A stretch of 51,371 nucleotides of DNA. Origin: an uncultured Candidatus Saccharibacteria bacterium (GTDB lineage Bacteria > Patescibacteriota > Minisyncoccia > Phycocordibacterales > SW-6-46-9). This document shows positions 9,167 to 19,358 of this stretch, one piece after another. The notes beneath the pieces were generated by a model that saw only the letters and a list, made by a program, of their open reading frames with translations, ran no database searches and was not told the origin of the DNA. Location: positions 254,171 to 305,541 of the forward strand of contig CAZHOI010000001.1 in NCBI GenBank assembly GCA_964534365.1, written 5' to 3'. The number at the start of each line of letters is the position of its first letter. The first letter of the stretch is position 1. A program made the position numbers and the translations under genes.

Positions 9167-10090
9167 TCAACCTTGATCATGATGAACTATCATAGTAAAC
9201 AATCTGGCCGTCTGTTCCTCTCGATTAAAATAATATTCTCTATTCCTGACACTGTCCTCTACCCTACGTGGTAGCTGAGTGAATATTTGATCAAGCCAGG
9301 ATTCAAGTTCGGTGGTAATATGGTAAAAAATACTATGGAACAGTTCGTGCGTGGCTGTCATGTAATATTCAACCCCCTCTCTGTCTTCGACCACATTTAA
9401 ATATAGGCTGTTTTCTCTAAAATTATACATCCCTGCCACGCGACCTGATTGAGGTAGGCCTAATTGGTCTTTGTAAAAATCACTGTTAACCCGCGCATCT
9501 ACGTCTCTGAGCTGATGTTCCCAATACCCGATTTCTGATTCATGATAACCCAAGCTAGCTATTAATTGTTGAAAGCCATCAGTTTGTACTAAATTTAGAA
9601 CAGTTTTGCGGGCAAAGCGCTCTTGGACAAACGCTTGATTAACTTCGGTGCTATCGGCCTGAAATAACGAATCAGGGTTAGCCAGATCATAACGTTGAAT
9701 TATTTCTGCCCGGCTTTTTAATTCATGCACAATAACCGCTTGACGTTCATTTTTCAGACGCTGAATATCTTTCTGCTGCCCGGTTTTTTCTGCTCGTTTG
9801 ATAACCTCGTCATAATAATGATCTAGCTCTGCAAAACGGGTGGCATATAAACTATGTAGCGATTCGTCGATATATGATCTAAAGGATTCTTGACTACTCC
9901 AACCGATTTGCTGACGTTTACCCTCGGATTGATTATTGTTTTGAGCCTCCGCATCAGGAGTTGGAACTAAACCGGCCGAGATTACCGCTGCAATTTTAAA
10001 AGCTTTAGCAACTCTGTCCTGATAGTCTTTCAATTTTTCAGGAATGTTTATTTGTTCTGTTGAGCTTTCTTTAGGCTTCGGTTTCTCCAT
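9167..10090 (-). CDS. Hypothetical protein with zincin-like HExxH motif
   Basis: VAGMY...THELFH...EEQTAR; hydrophobic segment near the N terminus. Confidence 0.65.
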   Translation of the reverse strand: MEKPKPKESSTEQINIPEKLKDYQDRVAKAFKIAAVISAGLVPTPDAEAQNNNQSEGKRQQIGWSSQESFRSYIDESLHSLYATRFAELDHYYDEVIKRAEKTGQQKDIQRLKNERQAVIVHELKSRAEIIQRYDLANPDSLFQADSTEVNQAFVQERFARKTVLNLVQTDGFQQLIASLGYHESEIGYWEHQLRDVDARVNSDFYKDQLGLPQSGRVAGMYNFRENSLYLNVVEDREGVEYYMTATHELFHSIFYHITTELESWLDQIFTQLPRRVEDSVRNREYYFNREEQTARLFTMIVHHDQG

Positions 10091-10092
10091 GC

Positions 10093-11412
10093 TTACACAA
10101 AAGTTTTAGGAACTGGGAACCGTTTAGCTAGATCAGTAATTCGAGATTTGGCGGCTTGGCGATGGGTATCGGTCGTATCGCGCAAGTATCCAATCATCGT
10201 GGCAGCAATTTCGCGACATTGTTCTGCGGTCATCCCGCGGGTAGTAATCGCTGGCGTGCCAAAACGGATCCCAGATGGATCCAATGCGGTCTTGCGATCA
10301 TTTGGGATTACATTCATATTGAGCGTAATACCTATTTCGTCTAGTTGTTGTTGCGCTGCTTTGCCACCATTTATTTCACTCGAGAAAGCTTTATTGTTAT
10401 CAGAACCTTGAGTTACATCAACTAATAACAAATGATTATCCGTACCACCATTTACAATCTGAATACCTTCATCGTCAAACACCGCGGCCATTGCCTGTGC
10501 ATTATCGATAATTTGTCTGGCATAATCGCGAAAATTTTTAGTCAGCGCCTCGCCAAATGCCACTGCCTTGGCCGCGACATTGTTCATATGTGGTCCACCT
10601 TGTAAACCTGGAAAGACGGATTTATCAATTTTTTTAGCAATTTCAGCGCTATTTCTGGTCAAAATCATACCACCCCGGGGACCACGCAATGATTTGTGGG
10701 TAGTTAGTGTCATCACATCAAACCCATCGCCGCCTGGAAGTTGCAGTGGATTCTGCAATGCCCGCCCGGCAATTAATCCAGCAATGTGAGCAGCGTCTAT
10801 CATCGCAATGGCATCAACCTCGCGCGCAATATCAACTATTTTTTGATAATCCAGTTCCCGGGAATAGGCGGAAAATCCAGCCAGTACAATTTTTGGTCGG
10901 TGTTCATGGGCAAGAGCGCGCATTTCTTCATAGTCAATCGCACCTGTCGTAGTATCAGCTATACCATAGCGAATAAAATTATAAATCTTGGCCGGATGCG
11001 TAACCGGATGACCATGGGTCAGGTGCCCCCCATGTTCCAGCGACATCCCCAATACAGTTTCACCCGGCTTCAGCAGTGCCGAATACACCGCCAGATTAGC
11101 CGGCGCCCCTGATAATGGCTGAACGTTTGCATATCCACAATCAAATAACTCTTTGGCGCGATCAATAGCCAGCTGTTCAACCTGATCGGTCCACTCTTGG
11201 CCCCCATAATAGCGTTTGCCTGGATAGCCTTCGGAATACTTGTTGGTAAATGATGACGCTAGCGCCTCGCGTACTGCTTCGGATACGTAGTTTTCAGATG
11301 GGATTAATTCTAAACCTTCATGTTGACGCACCTCCTCGCCCACCATAATGTCAAACACCGCTTTGTCTTGTTGCTTGATGTGTCTATATCTTTCTGTATT
11401 TGATCGATCCAT
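10093..11412 (-). CDS. glyA: Serine hydroxymethyltransferase
   Basis: LIPSEN, NKYSEGYPGKRYYGG, GGHLTHG, TTHKSLRGPRGG, FPGLQGGP, SGIRFGTPAITTRG. Confidence 0.98.
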   Translation of the reverse strand: MDRSNTERYRHIKQQDKAVFDIMVGEEVRQHEGLELIPSENYVSEAVREALASSFTNKYSEGYPGKRYYGGQEWTDQVEQLAIDRAKELFDCGYANVQPLSGAPANLAVYSALLKPGETVLGMSLEHGGHLTHGHPVTHPAKIYNFIRYGIADTTTGAIDYEEMRALAHEHRPKIVLAGFSAYSRELDYQKIVDIAREVDAIAMIDAAHIAGLIAGRALQNPLQLPGGDGFDVMTLTTHKSLRGPRGGMILTRNSAEIAKKIDKSVFPGLQGGPHMNNVAAKAVAFGEALTKNFRDYARQIIDNAQAMAAVFDDEGIQIVNGGTDNHLLLVDVTQGSDNNKAFSSEINGGKAAQQQLDEIGITLNMNVIPNDRKTALDPSGIRFGTPAITTRGMTAEQCREIAATMIGYLRDTTDTHRQAAKSRITDLAKRFPVPKTFV

Positions 11413-11430
11413 AGTATTAACTTATTATTT

Positions 11431-11449
11431 ATAACAATAACTGATAACT
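11431..11449. repeat. Left arm of a perfect 19-bp inverted repeat (partner 13698-13716)
   Basis: ATAACAATAACTGATAACT is the exact reverse complement of AGTTATCAGTTATTGTTAT at 13698. Confidence 0.8.
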
Positions 11450-11506
11450 TGCCCTCGAGTTGAAAACTGGATCGAGTAATTAAACCATTAATATATTTTA
11501 ACAGGT

Positions 11507-11917
11507 TTATTGCTTATGTTTTATTAACAATTCTTCAAAGCCAGTAGCTGGATCAATTTCCCTGCTAAATTCTACATCTTCTAATACTCCGATTACCAAC
11601 TCGACAGTATTTTTTACCTTACAACCTGGTTTCAGATGACCACCATAAGATCTGGCTTCTAAATCAGATATTGCAATATGGATATGGCTGTCGCCATAAT
11701 TTACGGTTCCAGTTGCCGATAATAATTCAAATGGGCCCTCGAGTTGTTTAATTTGATGCGGATTTTCACCAACTTTAGGCATTCTCAGGACAGCATTTTG
11801 TAGTCCTCCAACTACTGACAAAATTACCCCGGCTTGGATATTATTTTCAATTGCTATACTCTCAATTGACTCTCTGAAAAGCTCTCCTTCTTTTAATCTA
11901 ACTGCAATTGCTTTCAT
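11507..11917 (-). CDS. PPC/DUF296 domain protein
   Basis: RLKEGE, SVVGGL, FELLSATGTV, HIHIAISD, GGHL. Confidence 0.9.
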   Translation of the reverse strand: MKAIAVRLKEGELFRESIESIAIENNIQAGVILSVVGGLQNAVLRMPKVGENPHQIKQLEGPFELLSATGTVNYGDSHIHIAISDLEARSYGGHLKPGCKVKNTVELVIGVLEDVEFSREIDPATGFEELLIKHKQ

Positions 11918-12882
11918 TACTTACGATCCTTTTCATCAAATCCGCCAGCTACTGTCATATCGCCTCGCAGGGCCGGGTGTGATTCATACCCTTCTAGGGT
12001 TACCTTGTCAGGTTTAAAGTCATTCAGAGTTTTAACAGATTCATCAATAATTAATTTAGGAAACTGCATGGGCTCCCGTTGTATCTGTTCACATACTTGA
12101 TCGAAATGATTGGCATAAATATGAGCGTCACCAAAAGTGTGTACAAAATCTCCTACCTCTCGATTAGTAACATGGGCGATCAATTGAGTCAGCAGTGCGT
12201 AGCTAGCAATATTAAACGGCACTCCTAAAAACATGTCAGCCGATCGCTGGTATAGCTGCAGTGAAACTTTTTCATCTTGGATGTTTACGTGATACAAAAT
12301 ATGACACAGCGGGAATCGCAAGGCCTTCCCCGGCAGGGCCATAGCGTATAGGTATTCAGGATTCCAAGTAGTAACCACAAAGCTTTTTCGGTGAGGAGTA
12401 GTGTTAATCGAATCAACTACCCACTGCAGCTGATCAATTGGTCTACCATCACTGGCGATCCATTTACGCCAGTGCTCGCCATAAATATGTGGTAATTCTC
12501 CCCATTTAACAGCAAAGGCATCATTGGATTTAATTTTTTCGATAAACTCGTCTTGGCTTAGCTCTTCTGTCTCGCCGTCTTTTACTTTATCTTGATAGAT
12601 TTTATATGGATAATCATTCCAAATGTTGACATTATTATCAACCAAATACTTTATATTTGTTTGCCCTGATACAAACCAATAGAGTTCATGTAGAATCCCG
12701 CGCCAGAAAGTTTTTTTAGTAGTCAACAGCGGAAAGCCTTCTGATAGATCAAAACGCATTTGGCGGCCAAAAACACTTTGCAGCCCGATACCAGTATTAT
12801 GGTCATGCTTCATCGATCCGTTCTCCATAATATCTTCCAGTAGATCAAGGTACTGATATTCGGGATGTTTTTTGTTTGACAT
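11917..12882 (-). CDS. thyA: Thymidylate synthase
   Basis: FPLLTTKK, catalytic PLCH, YQRSADMFLGVPFNIASY, GDAHIYANH. Confidence 0.98.
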   Translation of the reverse strand: MSNKKHPEYQYLDLLEDIMENGSMKHDHNTGIGLQSVFGRQMRFDLSEGFPLLTTKKTFWRGILHELYWFVSGQTNIKYLVDNNVNIWNDYPYKIYQDKVKDGETEELSQDEFIEKIKSNDAFAVKWGELPHIYGEHWRKWIASDGRPIDQLQWVVDSINTTPHRKSFVVTTWNPEYLYAMALPGKALRFPLCHILYHVNIQDEKVSLQLYQRSADMFLGVPFNIASYALLTQLIAHVTNREVGDFVHTFGDAHIYANHFDQVCEQIQREPMQFPKLIIDESVKTLNDFKPDKVTLEGYESHPALRGDMTVAGGFDEKDRK

Positions 12883-12972
12883 AATTTTATTTTAACAGAT
12901 TTACCTGTAGAAAGTGACAGGGACCAGAGGTGCCAGCCACTGCGAATATGTATTATAGAATTATATTTAACC

Positions 12973-13656
12973 TTATTCGACAGTAAATACCTTTTCAGTT
13001 CCGTAGTATTCTGCCCAATTTTTATTGTAGAAAGAAAACATCCGATCCAATCTGCCTTGATCTAATTCTTTAAGGTCAAATTCATTCATTAAACTGATGA
13101 TTCTTTCTCGCGCTTGTGACAGCTGATTTTCTTCTTTTACTTCTAGTTCAAACTCGGCTAAATATCCATATCCCGCATTTTTATCAATTGTTATGTAAAA
13201 ATCAGTTTCCTCTGACTCAAATTCTTCGCGCTCTCGCGACCATTTGGCTTGGTATTGCAATCCAGCTGCCAACAGTGCTTTGTCTATTTCTTCCAAAGTC
13301 ATATCGACTTCTTCTTGCACTTCATGACGCAATATTCCATTAGCACTAGAATCATCCCCAACTGATAGTTTAGCAACAAAATAAACTTTACCGTCCGCTT
13401 GCCTGGTTCTAATAGAAACTTTTTTAGCTTCTTGTAATTGATTTTCAAATTGCTCCTGAGGATTTTGATCTAAAAATTCTGAAGTCAGTGCAAGTAAACC
13501 TTCAAAATCATCAGGGGTGTATTCGAAATAATGATTCAATTGCGATCCTTCGCCGGTTTTTTGATAACCTTGGTTAATTAATTTCTGGCGCAGCTGATCT
13601 GCCTTTTCTTTTTCTCCTAAAAGCGTCTTGATTTCGACTTCATATGTTTTTGACAT
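12973..13656 (-). CDS. CYTH / triphosphate tunnel metalloenzyme domain protein
   Basis: N-terminal ExExK (YEVEIK), QLNHYF, SIRTR, REREEF, GYLAEFE. Confidence 0.85.
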   Translation of the reverse strand: MSKTYEVEIKTLLGEKEKADQLRQKLINQGYQKTGEGSQLNHYFEYTPDDFEGLLALTSEFLDQNPQEQFENQLQEAKKVSIRTRQADGKVYFVAKLSVGDDSSANGILRHEVQEEVDMTLEEIDKALLAAGLQYQAKWSREREEFESEETDFYITIDKNAGYGYLAEFELEVKEENQLSQARERIISLMNEFDLKELDQGRLDRMFSFYNKNWAEYYGTEKVFTVE

Positions 13657-13697
13657 GTTTATAGCCTAGCAAATTTTACCTCCAGTTTAAATTTAGT

Positions 13698-13716
13698 AGT
13701 TATCAGTTATTGTTAT
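13698..13716. repeat. Right arm of the 19-bp inverted repeat
   Basis: Reverse complement of 11431-11449. Confidence 0.8.
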
Positions 13717-13722
13717 CAATTA

Positions 13723-14256
13723 TTAACTAACGTGCCAATCGCGGAAGCGATCTTGTAGAAAATGAGTCTTCCATTCACTGCGAACCACCGCTACCGAAGT
13801 AATTATCAACTGTATTATGCTTGATATAATTGCTGGTATTGATGATACGGCGATGGCAAATAACAATGTAAACACAGTCGCGATAAAACTAAAAATCAGC
13901 AATAACTCTAAATTTCCTTGCCAGCGCCCCACCGTTCCCAACAACACACTGGCCATTACCAATAATGTTACCGGGCCCTGCCAACCTACAATTGCCATAA
14001 CTACCGATAGGATTAAAATGCCGTATAAAATAAATACGGGTTGCTGAAATTTCTTACTATTTAAAAATAATATGTTGCGAACAATGGTTACTATGACCTG
14101 CAAAGCACCGGCGACTGCCCCTAACAATATAAAGTGCAAACTAAAAGCCAACGACGAGCTGATTTGAATCAACAGCAATCGGTTGCGTGTTGAGGCCAGT
14201 AAGGCGACTAGATTAAGCGCCAACCCTAAATAACCTAAAATATCTACTAAGAGCAT
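13723..14256 (-). CDS. YgjV-like inner membrane protein
   Basis: Multi-TM; LHFILLGAVAGA...IVRN pattern resembles YgjV family. Confidence 0.7.
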   Translation of the reverse strand: MLLVDILGYLGLALNLVALLASTRNRLLLIQISSSLAFSLHFILLGAVAGALQVIVTIVRNILFLNSKKFQQPVFILYGILILSVVMAIVGWQGPVTLLVMASVLLGTVGRWQGNLELLLIFSFIATVFTLLFAIAVSSIPAIISSIIQLIITSVAVVRSEWKTHFLQDRFRDWHVS

Positions 14257-14291
14257 TAGCCTATGGTAACAAATGAATTTTAAAGATTTTA

Positions 14292-14852
14292 CTAGTCAAT
14301 CAATTTTGACTGATTTTTGGGAACAAAGTGCTGTGAATTAGTCTCATCATAGCGTCCAATTTCTGTGTAATCTTGGGAAGTCGGTGAGGTTAGCCGACCA
14401 AAAATTAATTGGGCAATTTCCATGCCTGGCCGCAGGATGATAGGTACATTGGAATTATTGACCAGTTCAAACGTAGGATAAAAATGATGCCCCGGGTTAA
14501 ATAGCATTGCAGTGTTGTGCACCACTAACCCTATTCGTGCCATTGATGATTTGCCAGACAGCAGGATAAGGTGCTGGTTATCTACCCCAATAAATTCGCG
14601 CTGTTTGCCCAACATATTTTCACCCGGGTGCAGCACCACATAATCATCATTATCAATTTCAAACACCCGGGTTTTGGGATACTGACGATTGGCTGGATCA
14701 GCTGCCTGAATTTGATGCCGGTCGACAATTTCAAATTCATTTCCCAGCGTGACATCATAACTGGCCACCTGAAGCTGCGATTCATTATAGGGATCAATAG
14801 TAATCTGACCCGAATCTATCGCCTGTTTGATATCGATATCAGATAAAAACAT
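14292..14852 (-). CDS. dcd: dCTP deaminase
   Basis: MFLSDIDI start at 14852, QVASYDVTLG, GKSSMARIGL, TFELVN, PGMEIAQL. Confidence 0.93.
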   Translation of the reverse strand: MFLSDIDIKQAIDSGQITIDPYNESQLQVASYDVTLGNEFEIVDRHQIQAADPANRQYPKTRVFEIDNDDYVVLHPGENMLGKQREFIGVDNQHLILLSGKSSMARIGLVVHNTAMLFNPGHHFYPTFELVNNSNVPIILRPGMEIAQLIFGRLTSPTSQDYTEIGRYDETNSQHFVPKNQSKLID

Positions 14853-14928
14853 GACCGTTATAGTATGCCAGCTCACCTATAATAGAGCAAAAAAGTAGTT
14901 TTTCTGGTATAATTTCGCCTACCATTTT

Positions 14929-15441
14929 ATGAAAAAAGTACCGATTTCTGCTATTGCTGCCATAGGGGTCAACCGCGCAATTGGCAAAGGCAATGATTTA
15001 CTGTGGAGTTTGCCCAAGGACATGAAAATGTTTACCGAATTAACCACCGGTCACATAGTGATTATGGGACGAAAAACCTGGGAAGGTATTCCTGACAAGC
15101 ACCGACCGCTAAAGGACCGTTATAACATTGTTATTACCAAACAGGATAATTATGAAGCCGAAGGCGCGTTTGTGGCGTCAAACTTCTTCAAAGCGCTCCA
15201 AGAAGCCCAGAGTCACGCCAATATTCACGATTGTCAGATATTTATTATCGGCGGTGGACAGATTTATGACCTGGCACTGCCCTATACTGATACCCTGCAT
15301 TTAACAGTAGTAGATGACGAACCCAAGGCCGACGTATTTTTCCCACCGTTTGATGAAGGCTTTACCCTAACCAAAGCGGTTGATGACGAAGACAATGGCT
15401 ACCGGCTATCATTTCGTACTTACAAACGCCGCGCTCTTTAA
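14929..15441 (+). CDS. folA: Dihydrofolate reductase
   Basis: AIGKGNDLLWSLPKD, IMGRKTWE, RPLKDRYN, IIGGGQIY, ADVFFP. Confidence 0.98.
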   Translation: MKKVPISAIAAIGVNRAIGKGNDLLWSLPKDMKMFTELTTGHIVIMGRKTWEGIPDKHRPLKDRYNIVITKQDNYEAEGAFVASNFFKALQEAQSHANIHDCQIFIIGGGQIYDLALPYTDTLHLTVVDDEPKADVFFPPFDEGFTLTKAVDDEDNGYRLSFRTYKRRAL

Positions 15442-15654
15442 TCTGACATATATTTGGCCGACAAATCTATTTGCTAATCTGACATGTATCTAAAAATTGC
15501 GTGACATTCACCTGTGGTGGGTGTTTCGCCATTTTTGACTCCAACAAACATAACGGTCCGGTACACAAAATTTATTGTGTAAATTTAACTAATTTTAATA
15601 AAAAAACGGAAGAGTCAGCGTCAGCCAACTCCCCCGCTATCCTCTCAACCACGT

Positions 15655-16587
15655 TCAACTGTCACCCAAACGACCACCTTGAAATAAAACTGCGTCAGCA
15701 AACCAGTCTCGACCCCGATACAGGATCAAGGCATGCGACAGGCTTCCTAGAAGATCCAGTGGTTTGGCTATTACCTTATCAACAAACTCGGCGGTGCGCT
15801 CATCCCAAAATGGCTGGTACACCAACCCATCCCACTGGCGATTAACCGTATGAACTAGGCGACGTTCGGCCTGACGGCTACCTGGACGATCGAGAAAGTG
15901 GCACCAAGCATCGATAACGTAGCCCAGCTTTTCAATCCACGGCCAGAGGCAGACTTCTTGCTGATTAGCCAGCCAGATATGTTGGTATTCAGCCTGAAAT
16001 TGCTCACTCATGGGCGCACTATCAGTCGCCAGCTTGAAATTCCTGGTCCACTGACCTAGGTATGCATAGAGCTTGCGCTGAGCCATAGTCTCATGACCAA
16101 GTAAACACATGGGCTGATAAACATGATCAAGATAGAACCTTAGTTCATCTTCATCGTTATGTGCTCCTTTTTGAAATGAAGCGACATCACAGCCGACGCC
16201 ACCATTTTTCTGACTGCAAAGTACCTCTCCTAGATCATGTTCGTGATTCATCTTATGAATAAATCTCCAATCCAGTTTAATCCCATGTTGGACTGCTAAC
16301 GAACCAAGGATATTGATCAGGATTCTTTGCTGAGCTATGTGATCCGCAACCGTCTGAACTTCAATCGCATAAAGGTTTCTAGCTGCCTCAAGAGCGGCTT
16401 GGACCTCTTGAACCTTGGCTATTTGTTCAGATTCAGATGTGTCCCGTGCATTTACTCCATAAAATTTCCAACGGATTGCATCTTGCGCAATTCCTCGACG
16501 GACGGTAGTTGCACCGATCAGAGAATCTTCAAGCAGGTCCTGAGTATTTCTTTCTAAGTCTATAAGTGTTTTCTCTGAAATAGTCAC
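15655..16587 (-). CDS. Divergent HD-domain phosphohydrolase (YfbR/HD_3-like)
   Basis: RW...TVADH...HDLGE...DV motif order typical of YfbR-like HD nucleotidases; GTG start. Confidence 0.65.
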   Translation of the reverse strand: MTISEKTLIDLERNTQDLLEDSLIGATTVRRGIAQDAIRWKFYGVNARDTSESEQIAKVQEVQAALEAARNLYAIEVQTVADHIAQQRILINILGSLAVQHGIKLDWRFIHKMNHEHDLGEVLCSQKNGGVGCDVASFQKGAHNDEDELRFYLDHVYQPMCLLGHETMAQRKLYAYLGQWTRNFKLATDSAPMSEQFQAEYQHIWLANQQEVCLWPWIEKLGYVIDAWCHFLDRPGSRQAERRLVHTVNRQWDGLVYQPFWDERTAEFVDKVIAKPLDLLGSLSHALILYRGRDWFADAVLFQGGRLGDS

Positions 16588-16652
16588 GGTCTTCAGCGCA
16601 GTAAAGCGCGGTTGTGAAAGAGCAAGGAAAGAACGTCTTTTGTACTATAATC

Positions 16653-16997
16653 CTATTTTAAGGGATAGTACAAGTCTTGAATTACCAACCAGGGAGTCAA
16701 TTGCACTCCTGATGAAACCAAACAACTGCGATTGCTGTTGTGAATAAACCAATCGCCAAACTTAAAGCCTACGTGCCTGCCTCTTTTTTTATTGAGCATT
16801 ACCTTGACGTAATCATTTAAGCCGAGCGGGTCAGTTGCTTCCGAAAACGAGCTGGTCTCTATGAAATCCAGGCCATTTAATTGATTAATTTCGTTTAACA
16901 CTTCACGAACAAAGTGCAAACAATTATAGGTCTGCGGACAATACGGTTTACCGAGTTTTTGCAATGACAAAACGTATAACTGTTTTGCTGGTCTCAT
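16653..16997 (-). CDS. NlpC/P60-like papain-fold protein
   Basis: LGKPY...YNCLHFV...RHVG...FIHNS (Cys-His-His triad pattern). Confidence 0.65.
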   Translation of the reverse strand: MRPAKQLYVLSLQKLGKPYCPQTYNCLHFVREVLNEINQLNGLDFIETSSFSEATDPLGLNDYVKVMLNKKRGRHVGFKFGDWFIHNSNRSCLVSSGVQLTPWLVIQDLYYPLK

Positions 16998-17164
16998 GGG
17001 ATTTTGGTTGGTGTAAAAAAACCGCTCAAATGAGCGGGTGGAGATTTACTATATATTTGAATTAGAAAATACCGTCCGCTCATGAACTAGCGGATAGACG
17101 AATCAAACATCGACCAAATCTTTTTGCCTCGGGCGTGCAACATTATAATTTAAATGATACCAAA

Positions 17165-17320
17165 TTATTCGATAATTGGACACTCGCGATAGATTACCTT
17201 GACCTTGGTATCATTAACCAGTGGATGATCCAGACTGAGTTTGTAGACGTAAATAAAATAAAAGTTTGACAAGCTCATAACCAAAATCAGCAAAACCAAG
17301 ATTTGTTCAGTGGGTTTCAT
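17165..17320 (-). CDS. 51-aa single-TM small protein (below the ORF-track cutoff)
   Basis: MKPTEQILVLLILVMSLSNFYFIYVYK...; TGC-TAAGAT -10 box 6 nt before ATG. Confidence 0.55.
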   Translation of the reverse strand: MKPTEQILVLLILVMSLSNFYFIYVYKLSLDHPLVNDTKVKVIYRECPIIE

Positions 17321-17468
17321 ATCTATATCTTAGCAATAAAAACCTGCCCTGTTGACCAAGTAAGCTGGATTATGGGGATATGGCCAGAGCCCGTGATTGA
17401 TAACGTCTGAATTAATATAAATTGTCTGCTTTTTTCTGCATGAAAAATGAAATTGTTAAGAAAGATAT

Positions 17469-17785
17469 AGTTCGAGGCGCAAAGAAAAACTAACTGGAGG
17501 CGTATATTAATACGATGAGAGTTAGTTTATTCTGCAGCAACAAAGAAGTTCGTCTACTTAGCCATTTTATTAGTTTTAAATTACTTGATGTAGAAACGAA
17601 GCGCAAAAAAAATTGGATAAGGCGTATAAGCAATACGACGCATCCAATTTATTTCGCAGTAACATTAAAATTATAAAAGACTAGAAGTTACAAAATAGGA
17701 TGAAGTTCGAGGAAATAAAAAACTTACGACTAAAATGTATAAATAATACATTGCTGAAGTAAGTTTTGCAGTTGACGAAGAAATT
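17469..17785. repeat. Three tandem copies of an ~80-bp REP/MITE-like hairpin element directly downstream of rplK
   Basis: CGA(G/A)G...AAAAA-stem-(GGC)GTAT..ATAC(G)-stem'-GCAG..AC at about 17469, 17597 and 17705; stems differ but stay complementary. Confidence 0.75.
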
Positions 17786-17788
17786 CGC

Positions 17789-18223
17789 CTATTTTGTAAC
17801 TTCTACGCCCATTGATCGACAAGATCCTTCAATAATCTTGACCGCTGCATCCAGGTCATTGGCTGATAAATCAACCATTTTTCGATTAGCAATATCTTCT
17901 AGTTGAGATCGGGTAATTGAACCAATTTTATTAGTATTTGGTTTGCCACTACCTTGTTTTTTACTAATTGCTTTGAGGATTAGCGATGATGCCGGTGGGG
18001 TTTTGGTAACAAATTCAAACGATCGGTCTTCATAAACTGTGATTACAGTTGGGATAATGTCCCCCATTTGATCTTTGGTACGGTCGTTAAACTGATTGAC
18101 AAATTCGCCAATCGCAACGCCAGCTTGTCCTAGGGCCGGTCCCAGTGGTGGTGCTGGAGTAGCCTTGCCCGCTGGCACCGTTACCTTAACAACCTTTTGT
18201 ACTTTTTTCTTTTTCTTAGGCAT
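17789..18223 (-). CDS. rplK: 50S ribosomal protein L11
   Basis: [37 protein letters not shown]. Confidence 0.98.
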   Translation of the reverse strand: MPKKKKKVQKVVKVTVPAGKATPAPPLGPALGQAGVAIGEFVNQFNDRTKDQMGDIIPTVITVYEDRSFEFVTKTPPASSLILKAISKKQGSGKPNTNKIGSITRSQLEDIANRKMVDLSANDLDAAVKIIEGSCRSMGVEVTK

Positions 18224-18316
18224 TTTACAGTTAAAAATTTTAGAAAATTTTTGCCTTATGGCATAGATTTATCTTTCACACTCTTTTGAAGATCGTTCAA
18301 AAAAGAATCTATTAGC
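18224..18316 (-). promoter_or_regulatory. Structured leader of rplK containing the GCTAATAGA...TCTATGCC motif
   Basis: Motif 18316-18260 followed by ATAAGGCA, an AT-rich hairpin and AACTGTAAA-ATG; shared with nusG, fusA and rpsG leaders. Confidence 0.75.
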
Positions 18317-18481
18317 TCATTCTGACAGAATTTATATTATTAATTTTAAATAACAAAAAAGTTAATTGTTATCGTTATTAGTTATAGGTGAACTTTATTT
18401 GTCCAGAAATAAAGTTCCTTAGAAGCTTGCACACTATACAAAAAAACTACACTTAAGTCGAGTTTGTGAATTTTGACTAAT

Positions 18482-19303
18482 TTAAGGTCGAGCAAATGAA
18501 TTGATAAAATCAAAGCTTGAAATAATATCAATAACTGTTTCTGAATTATCAGATATCATTATTGGTAAAAACTTATTAGGAAAACTGCTATTTATATCAT
18601 CAGTGCTTATTAAATAATATCCCTGACATCCCATTTCTCCACACGACTTTTTCACATAGAAGAATCGATGGTCATTGTGTGTTAGGTTTCCTTCTAAATA
18701 GCGAAACCTGGTGTCATCCTGAAACTCTGTGAATTTTCCGTCAAGACTTAATTCTGCTAATTTATATCTATTTTCTGGGTCTATATCATCCTGATCGTAA
18801 GGAAAATATTGAATCGAGCTTAAGTGACCAATCCAATCAACTAGCTGATAGAATTCAGTGCTTCTGATTATTGATTCCTCTGACAAGTTTATAGTTATCT
18901 CCAGGTCCTTCTTAAAAGGATTATTATCGGCATACATTTGATAAACCAGACCTTCTCCATTCAACTCTAACTCACTACCACTTATTTCAGACTTCCAATT
19001 TTCAGGAATTGCAAAGGTTAAAATAGAAGTTTCATAATCATAACCCTTTGTTTTTCTTATAACCTCACAAGTCTCTTCACAATTCAAAGAGTATTCGTAT
19101 GCGGAATCATCTTTATGCGACGAAGAGCTGCCAGACATAGATGTTAAATTGATATCTTTAGTTGTACTTTTAATATTTAGATTTTCTAATTTATCATTCT
19201 TGTGTTCAACCCCTAACCAAAATCCTACAAACGGCAGGGCGATAAATAACAGCATCGCCAGTGCTTTAGATAGCGGGGTGACTTTATTTAGTGACAAATT
19301 CAT
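18482..19303 (-). CDS. Membrane-anchored extracellular hypothetical protein
   Basis: KVTPLSKALAMLLFIALPFVGFWLG anchor; Cys pairs CEETC and CGEMGC. Confidence 0.8.
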   Translation of the reverse strand: MNLSLNKVTPLSKALAMLLFIALPFVGFWLGVEHKNDKLENLNIKSTTKDINLTSMSGSSSSHKDDSAYEYSLNCEETCEVIRKTKGYDYETSILTFAIPENWKSEISGSELELNGEGLVYQMYADNNPFKKDLEITINLSEESIIRSTEFYQLVDWIGHLSSIQYFPYDQDDIDPENRYKLAELSLDGKFTEFQDDTRFRYLEGNLTHNDHRFFYVKKSCGEMGCQGYYLISTDDINSSFPNKFLPIMISDNSETVIDIISSFDFINSFARP

Positions 19304-19358
19304 AAGCTAATATTACCACAGATTTTGTTTTGGTAAATAACGCGCTAAACTATTCAAT

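Noticed and set aside
9108-9180. Possible frameshifted C terminus of the HExxH protein
   Set aside because: The alternative frame adds only about 24 codons; cannot be judged without homologs.
15439-15489. Short direct repeat TAATCTGACATRTAT twice after folA
   Set aside because: Only two copies, no further structure; could be a local duplication.
17469-17785. Possible CRISPR array
   Set aside because: Copies are long, degenerate and covarying rather than identical direct repeats with unique spacers; no cas genes in the window.
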